This document shows positions 52,247-61,783 of a DNA stretch of 64,000 bases, piece by piece (position 1 is the first letter of the stretch; each line of letters opens with the position of its first letter). The notes below the pieces were generated by a model. That model had not been told where the DNA came from. It worked only from the letters and a program-made list of their open reading frames with translations, and searched no databases. This stretch comes from Thermoanaerobaculia bacterium (GTDB taxonomy: Bacteria > Acidobacteriota > Thermoanaerobaculia > Multivoradales > Multivoraceae): the NCBI GenBank assembly GCA_963664405.1, contig OY761158.1, forward strand, positions 2,624,001-2,688,000, read 5' to 3'. The translations under genes were made by a program, and so were the position numbers.

Positions 52247-55200
52247 TCACACGGCTCTTCTCGAAGGTAACCCAAGGCTAGCAAAGAGATCTCCCTGGAC
52301 GGTGGGTAGTCGAGGTCTCGGAAATGGAAATCGGCGCAGGACCTGCTTCTTGTAAGTCTCCCAGTTCAGCGACCGTCGGCTTCGACGACGAAGCCATCGG
52401 TACCAGATCCGGGTCACCTGGTAGTGAAACGAGGCCAAGGCCCGCTGGTTGTTCGGCAAACCGTAGTACCGGTAGTGACCGCGCAGCACGCTGCAGAGCC
52501 AGCGATGCTGCTCGGCCAGGGGCCGATGCATCCGGCGCCGGGCTTCCAGTCGGACCTCCCGCAGTTTCCGCGACAGCCGCTTCGACTGCGTCTTGCGCTT
52601 GCAGACGAATCGCCCATCCCGAGTCCACCCACAGTAGTGCGTGAGGCCCAGGAAGGCGAAGGTCGAGGGGCGACGCTGCCCGAGCCGCTGTCGGCGCAGG
52701 GCTGGAAGCCGACCGAATTCGATCAGCCGCGTCTTCTCCGAGTGGAGCTCCAGGGAAAACTCCCGAAGGCGTTTCTCCAAAGCCACCCGCAGTCTTTCTG
52801 CATCGTCCCGGTACTGAAAGCCCATCACGAGTCGAGTAGGGCGGGGGAATCTCACCCCCACCCCCTCACAGAACCGGACGTGAATGTCTCCACTCATCCG
52901 GCTCTTACCATCCAGCCTTCGCCTGAGACGACATGAAGCGCCAATGCGCAAAGAGATGTGGATCCCGGTCACGGACTTTCCGCACCCACTGATCCGATCT
53001 CCTTCGATGTCTCCGCAGACGTTTGTATTTCGCCCTCGCCCAGCGAGCCAGATGACGATCAAGATGGCAAAGGGACGGATAGAGCGCCGACTTGTAGTAC
53101 CGACCGTAGTAGTTGATCCAGCCCTGGACGATCGGATTGAACATCCGAGCCAGGTCGTCCACTTGCTTGTCGATCCGACAGTCGAGACGCCAGCCCCGAA
53201 TGGTCTGACGCATCGCTTTACCCGCCGCGTTGCTCACGCCGGGACTGAAGTTGACGAAGTACTTACCCCAGCGATTCTTCGATCGCCGAGCACGAAACGT
53301 GTAGCCCAAGAAGTCAAACTTCTCGTTCTCGTACGTCCCCCGTCGGTCGTCATCCTTGCAGTAGACGATCTTCGTCTTGCGCGGATGCAGCTCAAGCCCA
53401 CATGCCGCAAAGCGACCCGCGAGCTCCTGCTTCAGTCTCTGCGCTTGCTCCGCCGTTCGGCAATGGCAGATCGCATCGTCAGCAAACCTCTCGAACGGAA
53501 TGTCCGAGTGGTGACGCGCCATCCACCGGTCGAACGCATAGTGCAAGAAGAGGTTCGCCAGCAGTGGTGAAACCACCGACCCCTGGGGAGTCCCCCTCTC
53601 CCGAGACTCAAGAGTGCCATCCTTCAACTGAACGGGGGCACGGAGCCACCGCCCAATGTAGAGCAGCACCCAACGGCAATCCGTGTGGTAACGCACCGCC
53701 CGCAGCAGAAGATCGTGATCGATCGCGTCGAAAAAACCTTTGACATCGAGATCCAAAACCCAGTCGTAGCGCCAGCATCGCTGCCGCGCCACACCCAACG
53801 CACCAAGCGCTGATTTCCCGGGCCGGTACCCGTAGGAGTCTGGGTGGAAGTGTGTCTCCACCTCGGCCTCCAGGATCCTCTTCACGACCGTTTGCGCGAT
53901 CCGATCCGCCACGGTTGGCACACCCAGGGGACGCGTTCCACCGCCGGGCTTCGGGATCTCTACCCGCTTGACCGGCGGCGGCATGTAGCTCCCTGATGAC
54001 AGCCGATTCCACAGCTTGTACAGATTGTCTCTCAGACGCTCCTCGAAAGCTGCCAACGACTGCCCATCCACGCCTGCCGCGCCTCGGTTTGCCTTTACCC
54101 GCTTGTACGCCTCCCAAACCCACCGCTTGGGAATGCGAAAGGGCTTTGCCTTCGCCAAAGACTCCTCCCGTTGCCGGTTGGCCTCCGGACCCGGCTGGTT
54201 GGTGCCGCGCCTTCGCTCCGGCCCCATTACAGGACCTTCCTCACTACTACGCGCGACTCCGCCCCTGTGCCCCGCATCGGTACTCTCTTCCTCATGGGTC
54301 GACCACTTGGAATTCTCCCTTCGCATCGGGACGACAGGTTCCCACGTTCCACACGAGAGCCTGCATCGAGGTCACGCCGCCTTGCTGCCGGACGCCGCCT
54401 GGGCTGTAGGCAGGTAACACCCAGACTCCTCCCGGAGTAACGACTCCCTCCGGTTTTGACGTCGTCCCTACGCTTTCGACAGGTCATCGACGGTTCGCTT
54501 GCGCTCGTCTCCTCGATCCACACCTGACGGAATCTTGTCCCGCCTTTTCCAGCGACGCTCACCACCCGGGCTCTTGACCCGCGCAGCTCGTGGCGGTTTG
54601 AAGCCTGCACCTGCATGCCGGCTCCGAGGGGCCCACCCTCATCTCTCGTGTAGCAAGGCTGCTCTAGAACACCCAATTACATGAGTACTCCTTTCGCGCC
54701 GTCGTGGCGCACAGTCGTCAGCAAAGCGCACGATGGACACTCGTCCTCGCGCGTGTCGCCTACGCCACTGATGGACCCACAGATCCAGCACGTAGTGCAG
54801 AAAGACGTTCCCCAGCAACGGACTAATGCCCGCCCCCTGGGGCGTTCCCCTCGTCGTCTCTGTCCACTCCTTCTCCTCCACAACGCCGGCCCGTAGCCAC
54901 CCACGGATCAACCGCAGGATCCTCCGGTCGGCGATCCGATGCGCAAGCATCCGAAGCAACCACTCGTGGTCTACCGAGTCGAAAAAGCTCCGTATGTCCG
55001 CGTCCAGTACCCAGTTCACGTTCTGCGACATCACCGCCGTGTGAAACGCCTTCAGAGCATGGTGCGGGCTGCGGCCTGGCCGAAACCCGTACGAGAAGCC
55101 CAGAAAGTCCGCCTCGTACACCGCACTCAGCACCTCGGCCACCGCTCCCTGGACGATCTTGTCCTCCAGAGCCGGCACACCGAGAGGCCTTGATCCACCC

Positions 55201-55565
55201 TCCACCTTCGGTATCCACACCCGCCGTACCGGGCAGGCCCGGTATCGACCTCGATGGATCCGAGAGTGCAGTTCCTCGAGCTTGCGCTCCAGATCCTGCT
55301 CGTACTCTGAGACCGTCACTCCATCCACGCCCGCCGCCGCTTGGCGGCGAAGGCGACGAAATGACCGCTCCAAGGCTTCGGGTGTTACGTGATGCAACAG
55401 CGCCGTAAACCCCGCCCTGCGATCCCTCTTCGCTGCCTTGTTCACCCGAGTGAGACGATGCCTCCAGGCTACCCGGCTCTGCGTCCGGACTTGGGACCTC
55501 TCACCCGGAATCCCTTCGAGCTGGCCGCTTCCCTCCACGCGTCTCGTTTCCTTCGACGGTTTCAT
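52247..55565 (-). CDS. ltrA: Intron A reverse transcriptase/maturase, split by intron B (55565-54713 + 52830-52247)
   Basis: AAGVDG, RPLGVP, GTPQG, RFADD|FVMGF joins in frame (479 codons); no endonuclease domain. Confidence 0.9.
52831..54712 (-). mobile_element. Group II intron B (class D-like) inserted at the FADD codons of the intron A RT
   Basis: 5' GTGCG at 54712; D5 GAGCCGGATGAGTGGAGACATTCACGTCCGGTTC; 3' CTACTCGAC; EBS1 is complementary to the 5' exon. Confidence 0.93.
52905..54326 (-). CDS. ltrA: Intron B reverse transcriptase/maturase (true start probably near 54157)
   Basis: KPFRIPK..EAYKRVKANRGAAGVDG, GTPQG, RFADD, FDFLGYTF, GWINYY. Confidence 0.93.
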   Translation of the reverse strand: MRRENSKWSTHEEESTDAGHRGGVARSSEEGPVMGPERRRGTNQPGPEANRQREESLAKAKPFRIPKRWVWEAYKRVKANRGAAGVDGQSLAAFEERLRDNLYKLWNRLSSGSYMPPPVKRVEIPKPGGGTRPLGVPTVADRIAQTVVKRILEAEVETHFHPDSYGYRPGKSALGALGVARQRCWRYDWVLDLDVKGFFDAIDHDLLLRAVRYHTDCRWVLLYIGRWLRAPVQLKDGTLESRERGTPQGSVVSPLLANLFLHYAFDRWMARHHSDIPFERFADDAICHCRTAEQAQRLKQELAGRFAACGLELHPRKTKIVYCKDDDRRGTYENEKFDFLGYTFRARRSKNRWGKYFVNFSPGVSNAAGKAMRQTIRGWRLDCRIDKQVDDLARMFNPIVQGWINYYGRYYKSALYPSLCHLDRHLARWARAKYKRLRRHRRRSDQWVRKVRDRDPHLFAHWRFMSSQAKAGW

Positions 55566-55569
55566 CAGT

Positions 55570-57602
55570 GTCGGGTCGGAGGAGGCGCCCGCGGTTACCC
55601 GCAGGCTGGCCTCCGTCCGCCGCTCAAACCGGACGTGCAGATTTCCCGCATCCGGCTTTCACGAAGACGCCCCCTTGGGGGAAGAATCGATGGAAGGAAT
55701 CAGACCGACAAGGTTCACCAAGCCCATCTCGCCGTACAGCGTGGCCTTGGGCAGGCTGTCCCACCCTTTACAGCGCCAGCGCTTGTGACGGTGCGACCAG
55801 AGGCGCCGCACCACCCATGGGTCGAGCTGGTGAAAGAGCCGTCGGACGTGGGCACGTTTGTAGTAGTGCCCCCATCCACGCAGGACCGGATTCAGCTGTT
55901 CGATCAGCTGCTCGGTGGTAACCGGTGCCTTCCGCCGCGTCCGACCGCGAATCTGCTGCTTGAAGTGCTGGATCGACTTCTGAGTCGGGTAGGCATACAG
56001 GGCGCCCGAAAGGGCACCGCTGCGGATCTTCGCCCGCGGCAGCCGAAGCTGCTTGCCGAGCTTGATCTTGTACCCGAGAAACTCGAAACCATGCTTCACG
56101 TGCACGATCCGCGTCTTCTGCGGATTGATGGAGACACCGAGCCGCTCCAAGATCCTCGTCGCCACAGCCAAGGCTTTACGAGCCTCAGCCGCGGTCGAAG
56201 AAGTGAGGACCCAGTCGTCGGCATACCGCGTGAGTCGAAACCCTCTGCGTCGCATCTCCTGATCAAAAGGAGTCAGAAGAATGTTGCTCAGCAAGGGCGA
56301 TACGACCCCGCCCTGCGGAGTCCCACGCTCAGTCGGAAACAGGCGACCCTCCGCGAAGCTCCCGGCCTCGAGTACGGAGCGCAAAAGCCTCAGCACCCGA
56401 CCGTCGGAAACCCGTTGGCTCACGAGCATCAACAGCTTCTCGTGGTCCACGCTCCCGAAGAAATCCCTCAGGTCCGCGTCCACGATCCACTCCTTGCCCG
56501 ATTGGATCTCCTTCCAAACCTTGCGCAGAGCCCCGTGTTGGGATCGCCCTCGACGGTATCCGAAGCTGGCAGCATCGAATACCGGCTCGAAGATCGGCTC
56601 CAACCGGTTCAGCATCGCTTGCTGGCAGACACGGTCATAGACCGTGGGGATGCCCAACGTGCGGTACTTCCCCGGCTGGCCCGCCTTCGGGATCCGCTTC
56701 TGCCTCACGGGTTGCGGTCGGTACTCATCACGACACAGCTCCTCGTGAAGTCTGTCGAGGTGCTCAGAGAGCCCCTCGGAGAACTCCTCGATGCTCTGGC
56801 CGTCGATGCCGCCCGCGCCCCGATTGGACTTGACGCGTTCCCAGGCGATCTCCAGGTTCTTGCGCTTGTACACCTTGTCGATCAGAGAGTGAATCTTCCT
56901 CTCTCCCGACGGGTTGATCCAGTCAGCCAGTCTCCTCGGCTGTCGATGTTCGGGTTTTTCACTCATGGAACTATCCAGCCTCGACCGCCTTACTCGCTCG
57001 CCTTCCTTCTCTCCCCTACCGTCTTCGCCGGCCGCCTTCCCCAGCTCACACAGCTGCCGCTCCTCGCGGTCACACGGCTTTCACCGCGCTTGAAGTACTA
57101 CTCGACCGTCCGACTGCTCGCCGCGCATCCCTTCCCACTTCGCTTGCGCTTATAGGGTCCGTTACCGCGGTGCCACCCGCAGACACGACGAGCTCTCCCA
57201 GGGTCACACGCTGATCTTCCGTACCGTGCCGTCCGCAAACACCTTGGTGCGGTGGGTGGATGAAAAATGCCTTCGCCTCCATACTGCAGGCTCGACCTTG
57301 TCCCACCTTTGGCCGACCGGTTCGTCTTCGGGGTGGCCCCCATCGACTACGGCCCGGTACTTCTCCGCAAGCCCTTCGGATCCCACCTCGCGGTGGACAC
57401 CCTGCCCTCCGAAGTCTCACGAGAGCTGGCTCCAGGTCACCCTTGGCTGTTTCCGGGTTTCCCCTTCGTGCCCGTTTAGAGCTCTCCATACCTGTCTCCC
57501 ACTTCGGCCAGCGAGGCATTACCCCCGCTTTTGGATACGACGCCCCTCATCCGAGCGCCGGAGGGACTCAAACCCTCCCGATCAACGCGCTGCCTGGCGC
57601 GC
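55570..57602 (-). mobile_element. Group II intron C inserted into the RNA scaffold of intron A
   Basis: 5' GCGCG at 57602 (or GTGCG at 57604); D5 AAGCCGGATGCGGGAAATCTGCACGTCCGGTTTG; 3' CCCGAC at 55570. Confidence 0.88.
55659..56966 (-). CDS. ltrA: Intron C reverse transcriptase/maturase
   Basis: HSLIDKVY, GAGGIDG, GTPQGG, RYADD, FEFLGY, LRGWGHYY. Confidence 0.94.
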   Translation of the reverse strand: MSEKPEHRQPRRLADWINPSGERKIHSLIDKVYKRKNLEIAWERVKSNRGAGGIDGQSIEEFSEGLSEHLDRLHEELCRDEYRPQPVRQKRIPKAGQPGKYRTLGIPTVYDRVCQQAMLNRLEPIFEPVFDAASFGYRRGRSQHGALRKVWKEIQSGKEWIVDADLRDFFGSVDHEKLLMLVSQRVSDGRVLRLLRSVLEAGSFAEGRLFPTERGTPQGGVVSPLLSNILLTPFDQEMRRRGFRLTRYADDWVLTSSTAAEARKALAVATRILERLGVSINPQKTRIVHVKHGFEFLGYKIKLGKQLRLPRAKIRSGALSGALYAYPTQKSIQHFKQQIRGRTRRKAPVTTEQLIEQLNPVLRGWGHYYKRAHVRRLFHQLDPWVVRRLWSHRHKRWRCKGWDSLPKATLYGEMGLVNLVGLIPSIDSSPKGASS

Positions 57603-58065
57603 ACTATCAGCCAGTCCGACTCCCGACCTCAGCTCAGCGCCGCGCTGTGGTTCTCCCTCGCGCGACGCCCCCGACGGGGACCAGCCCGTCGGACCCGGTC
57701 GGGTCTCCTGGGTTCCGATGACGACCTTTCGTACGTGACACAGGCCACGACCCCGGTGGAGCGACACCGCCTCGCGCTAGCGGCGATGCACATGCTGCCT
57801 TCATGCTCACGAAAACACTCGGCCTCCACGACTTCGCTTTCTTTCGGGGCTGACTCCCTGCACCCTGCACGACTCCTGTCTACGCTTCGAACACGACGTT
57901 ACCGGCGCGCCCGCAAGACTCGGTTCTCACCTGCCCGCTACGGCTTTGGTGAAAGAGGACTTGCACCTCCATGTCATACATCAGCTTTGCCCAGCACACT
58001 CGTGGTCCGCCAGAAACTACGACACACCGGCGGCGTTCCCACGCCCACGCAGCGAGCAAGGCCAG

Positions 58066-58761
58066 CTACGGAGAACCGCCCTTCACTAGGACCAACAGCT
58101 TGTCGTTCTTCCAGCCGCCTGCGAGCTCAGGGTGCTCGGGGAGCACGAAGGCGGCGAAGTCGAGAGCGAGCGGCTCGAGCGCTGCTTCGAAGATCTCCTC
58201 TGGTTGGCTCTCGAACACGTCCTCGACGATCAGCGCCCCGCCGTCTGGGAGGAAGGGGAATATGACGCGCACCTGGTCCTCCGGTTGGTGGGTCGAGTCA
58301 TCGATCACGATGTCGAATCGGCCCTCGGCGGTCCGAAAGGCAGACTCAATGCTCGCAGCACTTCGCACATCGATCGACAGGTAGCGAACACCTGCCAGGC
58401 CGAGCGCTTCGCTTAATGCGATGTGCCTAGCGTTCGCATCGAACCCGATCAGATCTGCGTTGGGGAAGTAGGCGCGGAGCATCTGGATACCAGCACCCGC
58501 TTCGATTCCGATCTCGGCGATGTGGATCCTCTCTAGTCGCCGGGTCGCAAAGAGCAATTCGTATACGGGTGTGTAGGCGTGCCGGTGGGGGGCGGGTTGG
58601 CCCGAGCGCACGAAGGTGTTGAGTACGCTCTTGTCGGTCCCAAACGCACCGCCGAGGCGACAGAGCTCCCCCTCGAAGCCACTGGAATCGATCCTGAGTC
58701 GCGGGATCGTCAAGGATCTCCAGCCCTTACACTCCCGGATAGGCGCGTCGGCTTTGACCAA
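58066..58761 (-). CDS. Class I SAM-dependent methyltransferase (GTDK-type O-methyltransferase-like); start uncertain
   Basis: FGTDK..H.Y..VY..EIGI..GAG..FPNA.LIGFD..FDIVIDDSTH..IVEDV. Confidence 0.75.
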   Translation of the reverse strand: MVKADAPIRECKGWRSLTIPRLRIDSSGFEGELCRLGGAFGTDKSVLNTFVRSGQPAPHRHAYTPVYELLFATRRLERIHIAEIGIEAGAGIQMLRAYFPNADLIGFDANARHIALSEALGLAGVRYLSIDVRSAASIESAFRTAEGRFDIVIDDSTHQPEDQVRVIFPFLPDGGALIVEDVFESQPEEIFEAALEPLALDFAAFVLPEHPELAGGWKNDKLLVLVKGGSP

Positions 58762-58824
58762 GTGGAGGGGGCGGGAGATCAGCCGTCAGCATGACGGAGT
58801 CTGCCCTGGAGCTCGACAAAAGCG

Positions 58825-58897
58825 CACCCATGCCCCCTCCACCCAAGGAGGAGACCACCTCATGGTGGCCGGGCTTCGTGCCTGCTTCTAACGCCAT
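58825..58897 (-). pseudogene. Ser/Thr protein kinase N-terminal fragment
   Basis: MALEAGTKPGHHEVVSSLGGGGMG matches a decayed kinase start with glycine loop. Confidence 0.55.
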
Positions 58898-59011
58898 TGA
58901 ATGGCCGCCATTGTATCGGTTGCCTAGCCGAGGCTATTCAGAGCCGAGAAATCGGGTGTCGCCTTCCACCCGCTATGTGAAGTTTCACATAGGTGGTGCA
59001 TCGCGACAGGC

Positions 59012-59848
59012 TCAATTCGACCCCTGCACCTCCACGTTCGAGAGCTTCACGGTCGAGAGCAGCTCCATGTTCTCGGCGACGAAGTCCGACGTCAGCTGGA
59101 GGACCGAGAAGCCCTGCCCGTCGATCGCGTAGTTCTCCTGATCCGTGAAGAGCACACCGCCAACCCGCTGCGACCCGCTGACCTTGCGCAGGCGAAGGCC
59201 GTTCGTGAAGTCGTACCCGAACATCGCCATCTCGCCGGTCTCCGGATCGAACCAGTACATGTATTGGTCGTCGGCGTCCGTCGACGTGCCCGGCTCGAAG
59301 CTCACTCGAACCTTGTGTAGCTCTTTGCCCTCCCAGATGTCGAGCCCGAGATCCTCCCGGTAGACCTCAGCGCCATTGATCCCATACGGCAGGAAGGGGA
59401 AGTAGACCCTGGCGTTCACGAAATTGCGGGCCCGCTGCGCCGTCTCCTCGTCGAGCTCGAACGGTTCACCATTGTCCCAACGCTCCACCGATGTGTTCGT
59501 GTAGTGGACCTTGCGCTCGACCTGGTCGCGGCCGACCTTTCCCGTCACGGTGTAGTCGAACTCGCCGCTGTTCCTCGTCACGAGGAGGTCGAAACTTCCC
59601 GACCGCGACGTCACCGTTAGAGCCGTCCTTGAGGCCTCGTAGATGTCGCCGCCGTGGAATTCGATGGCTCGGTCGACGATAGGCAAGCTTGTGGGCTTTT
59701 CAGCTCCCGATGCCGGGACCGGTGACGCGACGTCGGCCCCTCCCTGTTCTCCCTTCTCGGCCTCTGGCAAAGCATCCGAGCAGCCCATCCCCAGCGCCAG
59801 AACGAGACCGCCAAGCGGGATGAGAAAGGTCGGTTGTTTGAGCTTCAT
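59012..59848 (-). CDS. Hypothetical lipoprotein (DUF6503-like)
   Basis: Lipobox-like LGMGC; AIEFHGG, YFPFLPY, DQYMYWFD. Confidence 0.7.
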   Translation of the reverse strand: MKLKQPTFLIPLGGLVLALGMGCSDALPEAEKGEQGGADVASPVPASGAEKPTSLPIVDRAIEFHGGDIYEASRTALTVTSRSGSFDLLVTRNSGEFDYTVTGKVGRDQVERKVHYTNTSVERWDNGEPFELDEETAQRARNFVNARVYFPFLPYGINGAEVYREDLGLDIWEGKELHKVRVSFEPGTSTDADDQYMYWFDPETGEMAMFGYDFTNGLRLRKVSGSQRVGGVLFTDQENYAIDGQGFSVLQLTSDFVAENMELLSTVKLSNVEVQGSN

Positions 59849-60231
59849 TCTCTGGCCTCCCTCTGGCATCGGATCACGAGATCATCGCTTGTCGCAAATG
59901 TGAATCCATTCCTCTACGCGCTCGCGTGCCCGAGCGAGCATCTCTGTGCTGATGTCGACACCGACGAACACACCCTCTCTGGACCAACGGTCTCGGCAGC
60001 CCGCAGGGCAATTGGAGTGATCGTGCTGTCGTGAAATCTGGCGGTTTGCGACAGACGCCGCTCCCACCAGCAAGCGGCTCATTGCATTAGCCACGGCGGT
60101 AAGATCCCGCTCAACATGCGACCGGCGGAAGCCATCTCGGCGACCTCCCGGACAGAACGTAAGTGTGACACTAGACACCGAAGAGGATCGCGTCCACGGC
60201 TCGATTCTCTTCGTAAATCATTGAGGCTAAG

Positions 60232-60307
60232 TGGTAGGCCGTGAGGGGATCGAACCCCCGACCCGCGGATTAAAAGTCCGCCGCTCTACCAACTGAGCTA
60301 ACGGCCC
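60232..60307 (-). tRNA. tRNA-Lys (TTT)
   Basis: GGGCCGTTAGCTCAG...CTTTTAA...GGTTCGATCCCCTCACGGCCTACCA. Confidence 0.97.
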
Positions 60308-60351
60308 CTCTGCAGTATAACTATCTCGCCAGTGGGCTGAAACTCCGGTGC

Positions 60352-61638
60352 CTATTGCAGCAGCGGGTGCCCTTTGAGCACGGTTTCTTCTCGCCTCGGT
60401 CCCGTCGAGATCAAGCCCGCCTCGGCTCCAACGAAGGTCTCGATATAGCGCACATAGTCCTTGGCCGCATCGGGCAGGGACTCGTAGGTGACCAGGCCTT
60501 CGGTCTTCTGCCCCCAGCCAGACAACACCTCCAAAATAGGCTCGACCTCATCGAGGGTGGCGGTGTCGGCGGGGAAGTCCACCACTTCCTTGCCGTTGAT
60601 CAGGTAGCCGACACAGACCGGGATCTCGTCGAGAGAGTCGAGTACATCAAGTTTGGTCAGGGCGATCGCTCCAACGCCGTTGACTCGGCGGGCGTAGCGA
60701 GCAGCGACCAGATCCAGCCAGCCACAACGCCGCGGACGACCCGTGGTGGTGCCGTATTCGTTTCCGCGCTCGCGGATCTTCTCCGCCGAACTGCCTTCGA
60801 GCTCGCTGGGAAACGGGCCTTCGCCAACCCGGGTGGTGTAGGCCTTGAGCACCCCAACCACCCCTTCGATCGAAGTGGGTGGCACCCCGCTTCCGGTGGC
60901 GGCGAAGCCCGCGGTGGTGTTGGAGCTGGTAACAAAGGGGTAGGTCCCATGGTCTACGTCGAGCAAAGCTCCCTGGGCGCCTTCGAAAAGTACCCGGCGG
61001 CCTTCGTCGAGCCAGTCGTTGAGCAGACGCGAGCCATCGCAAGCGTAGGGCTCGAGTCGACGGCGCCACTCTCCCGCCGCTGCGACGGTCGTGCTGAGAA
61101 GCCTTTCTCGCTCCGCCGGGTCGGAGATCTCCGGCCCCTGCCGCGATACCGAAGCCCTCAGGCGATCCTCCCAATTCTCACTCATGAGATCGCACAGCCG
61201 GAAGCCTGAGCGCGCCACCTTCGCTTCATAGGCGGGTCCGATCCCTCGCGAAGTGGTGCCGATCTTGTCTTTGCCCAGGGCCTTTTCGCGCGATCCATCC
61301 AACGCAACATGAATGTCGAGCAGCAACTGCGCTCGATCCGAGATGAAGAGCCGATCACGAGTCACGACATCCGCCTGCTCCAACTCGTCGACCTCGTCGA
61401 GGAAGGCCGGCGGATGAATGACCATGCCGTTGCCGAGAACGCAGACCGTCTCCGCACTGAGGATTCCGGACGGGATCAGATGCAGAGCGAAGTGGCGATC
61501 GCCGAACTTCACTGTGTGACCGGCATTGTGGCCACCTTGATAGCGAACTACGCCGTCGAAGTTCGGCGAGATCAGGTCTACGACCTTCCCCTTCCCCTCA
61601 TCTCCCCACTGCATGCCGACGACTACAACCCCGCTCAT
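60352..61638 (-). CDS. purA: Adenylosuccinate synthetase
   Basis: QWGDEGKGK, GGHNAGHT, EGAQG, GTTTGRPRRCGW. Confidence 0.97.
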   Translation of the reverse strand: MSGVVVVGMQWGDEGKGKVVDLISPNFDGVVRYQGGHNAGHTVKFGDRHFALHLIPSGILSAETVCVLGNGMVIHPPAFLDEVDELEQADVVTRDRLFISDRAQLLLDIHVALDGSREKALGKDKIGTTSRGIGPAYEAKVARSGFRLCDLMSENWEDRLRASVSRQGPEISDPAERERLLSTTVAAAGEWRRRLEPYACDGSRLLNDWLDEGRRVLFEGAQGALLDVDHGTYPFVTSSNTTAGFAATGSGVPPTSIEGVVGVLKAYTTRVGEGPFPSELEGSSAEKIRERGNEYGTTTGRPRRCGWLDLVAARYARRVNGVGAIALTKLDVLDSLDEIPVCVGYLINGKEVVDFPADTATLDEVEPILEVLSGWGQKTEGLVTYESLPDAAKDYVRYIETFVGAEAGLISTGPRREETVLKGHPLLQ

Positions 61639-61783
61639 TCTGGCTCCTCTCGCAACAAAGCAGCAAACAGTAACACAGCCATCCAACCCCTCGATCGTGG
61701 TCAAGCGAGCCCCGTCTCCGGATGCTGTCGAGATGCTCGACCCCGCCTCTGAACTACCCTCGGACTGCTAAGATGAGAACTCG

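Larger units (their letters stand above)
52190..57999 (-). mobile_element. Group II intron A (outer host, about 1895 nt net)
   Basis: 5' GTGTG at 57999; D5 GAGCCGTGTGAGGGAAATCTTCGAGCACGGATCTG; 3' end TACTCGAC at 52190. Confidence 0.85.

Noticed and set aside
52247-56966. RTs as retron, DGR or defence RTs
   Set aside because: Each has group II intron 5' ends, D5/D6 and a maturase domain; no template/variable repeat pair or msr-msd was seen.
55389-57155. 588-aa plus-strand ORF and similar long ORFs (11353-12915, 21259-22833, 1681-2463)
   Set aside because: Antisense shadows of real genes in GC-rich DNA, with no recognisable motifs.
60210-60231. IHF-like/att motif after tRNA-Lys (and after tRNA-Glu)
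   Set aside because: Weak consensus match, with no integrase or duplicated att nearby.
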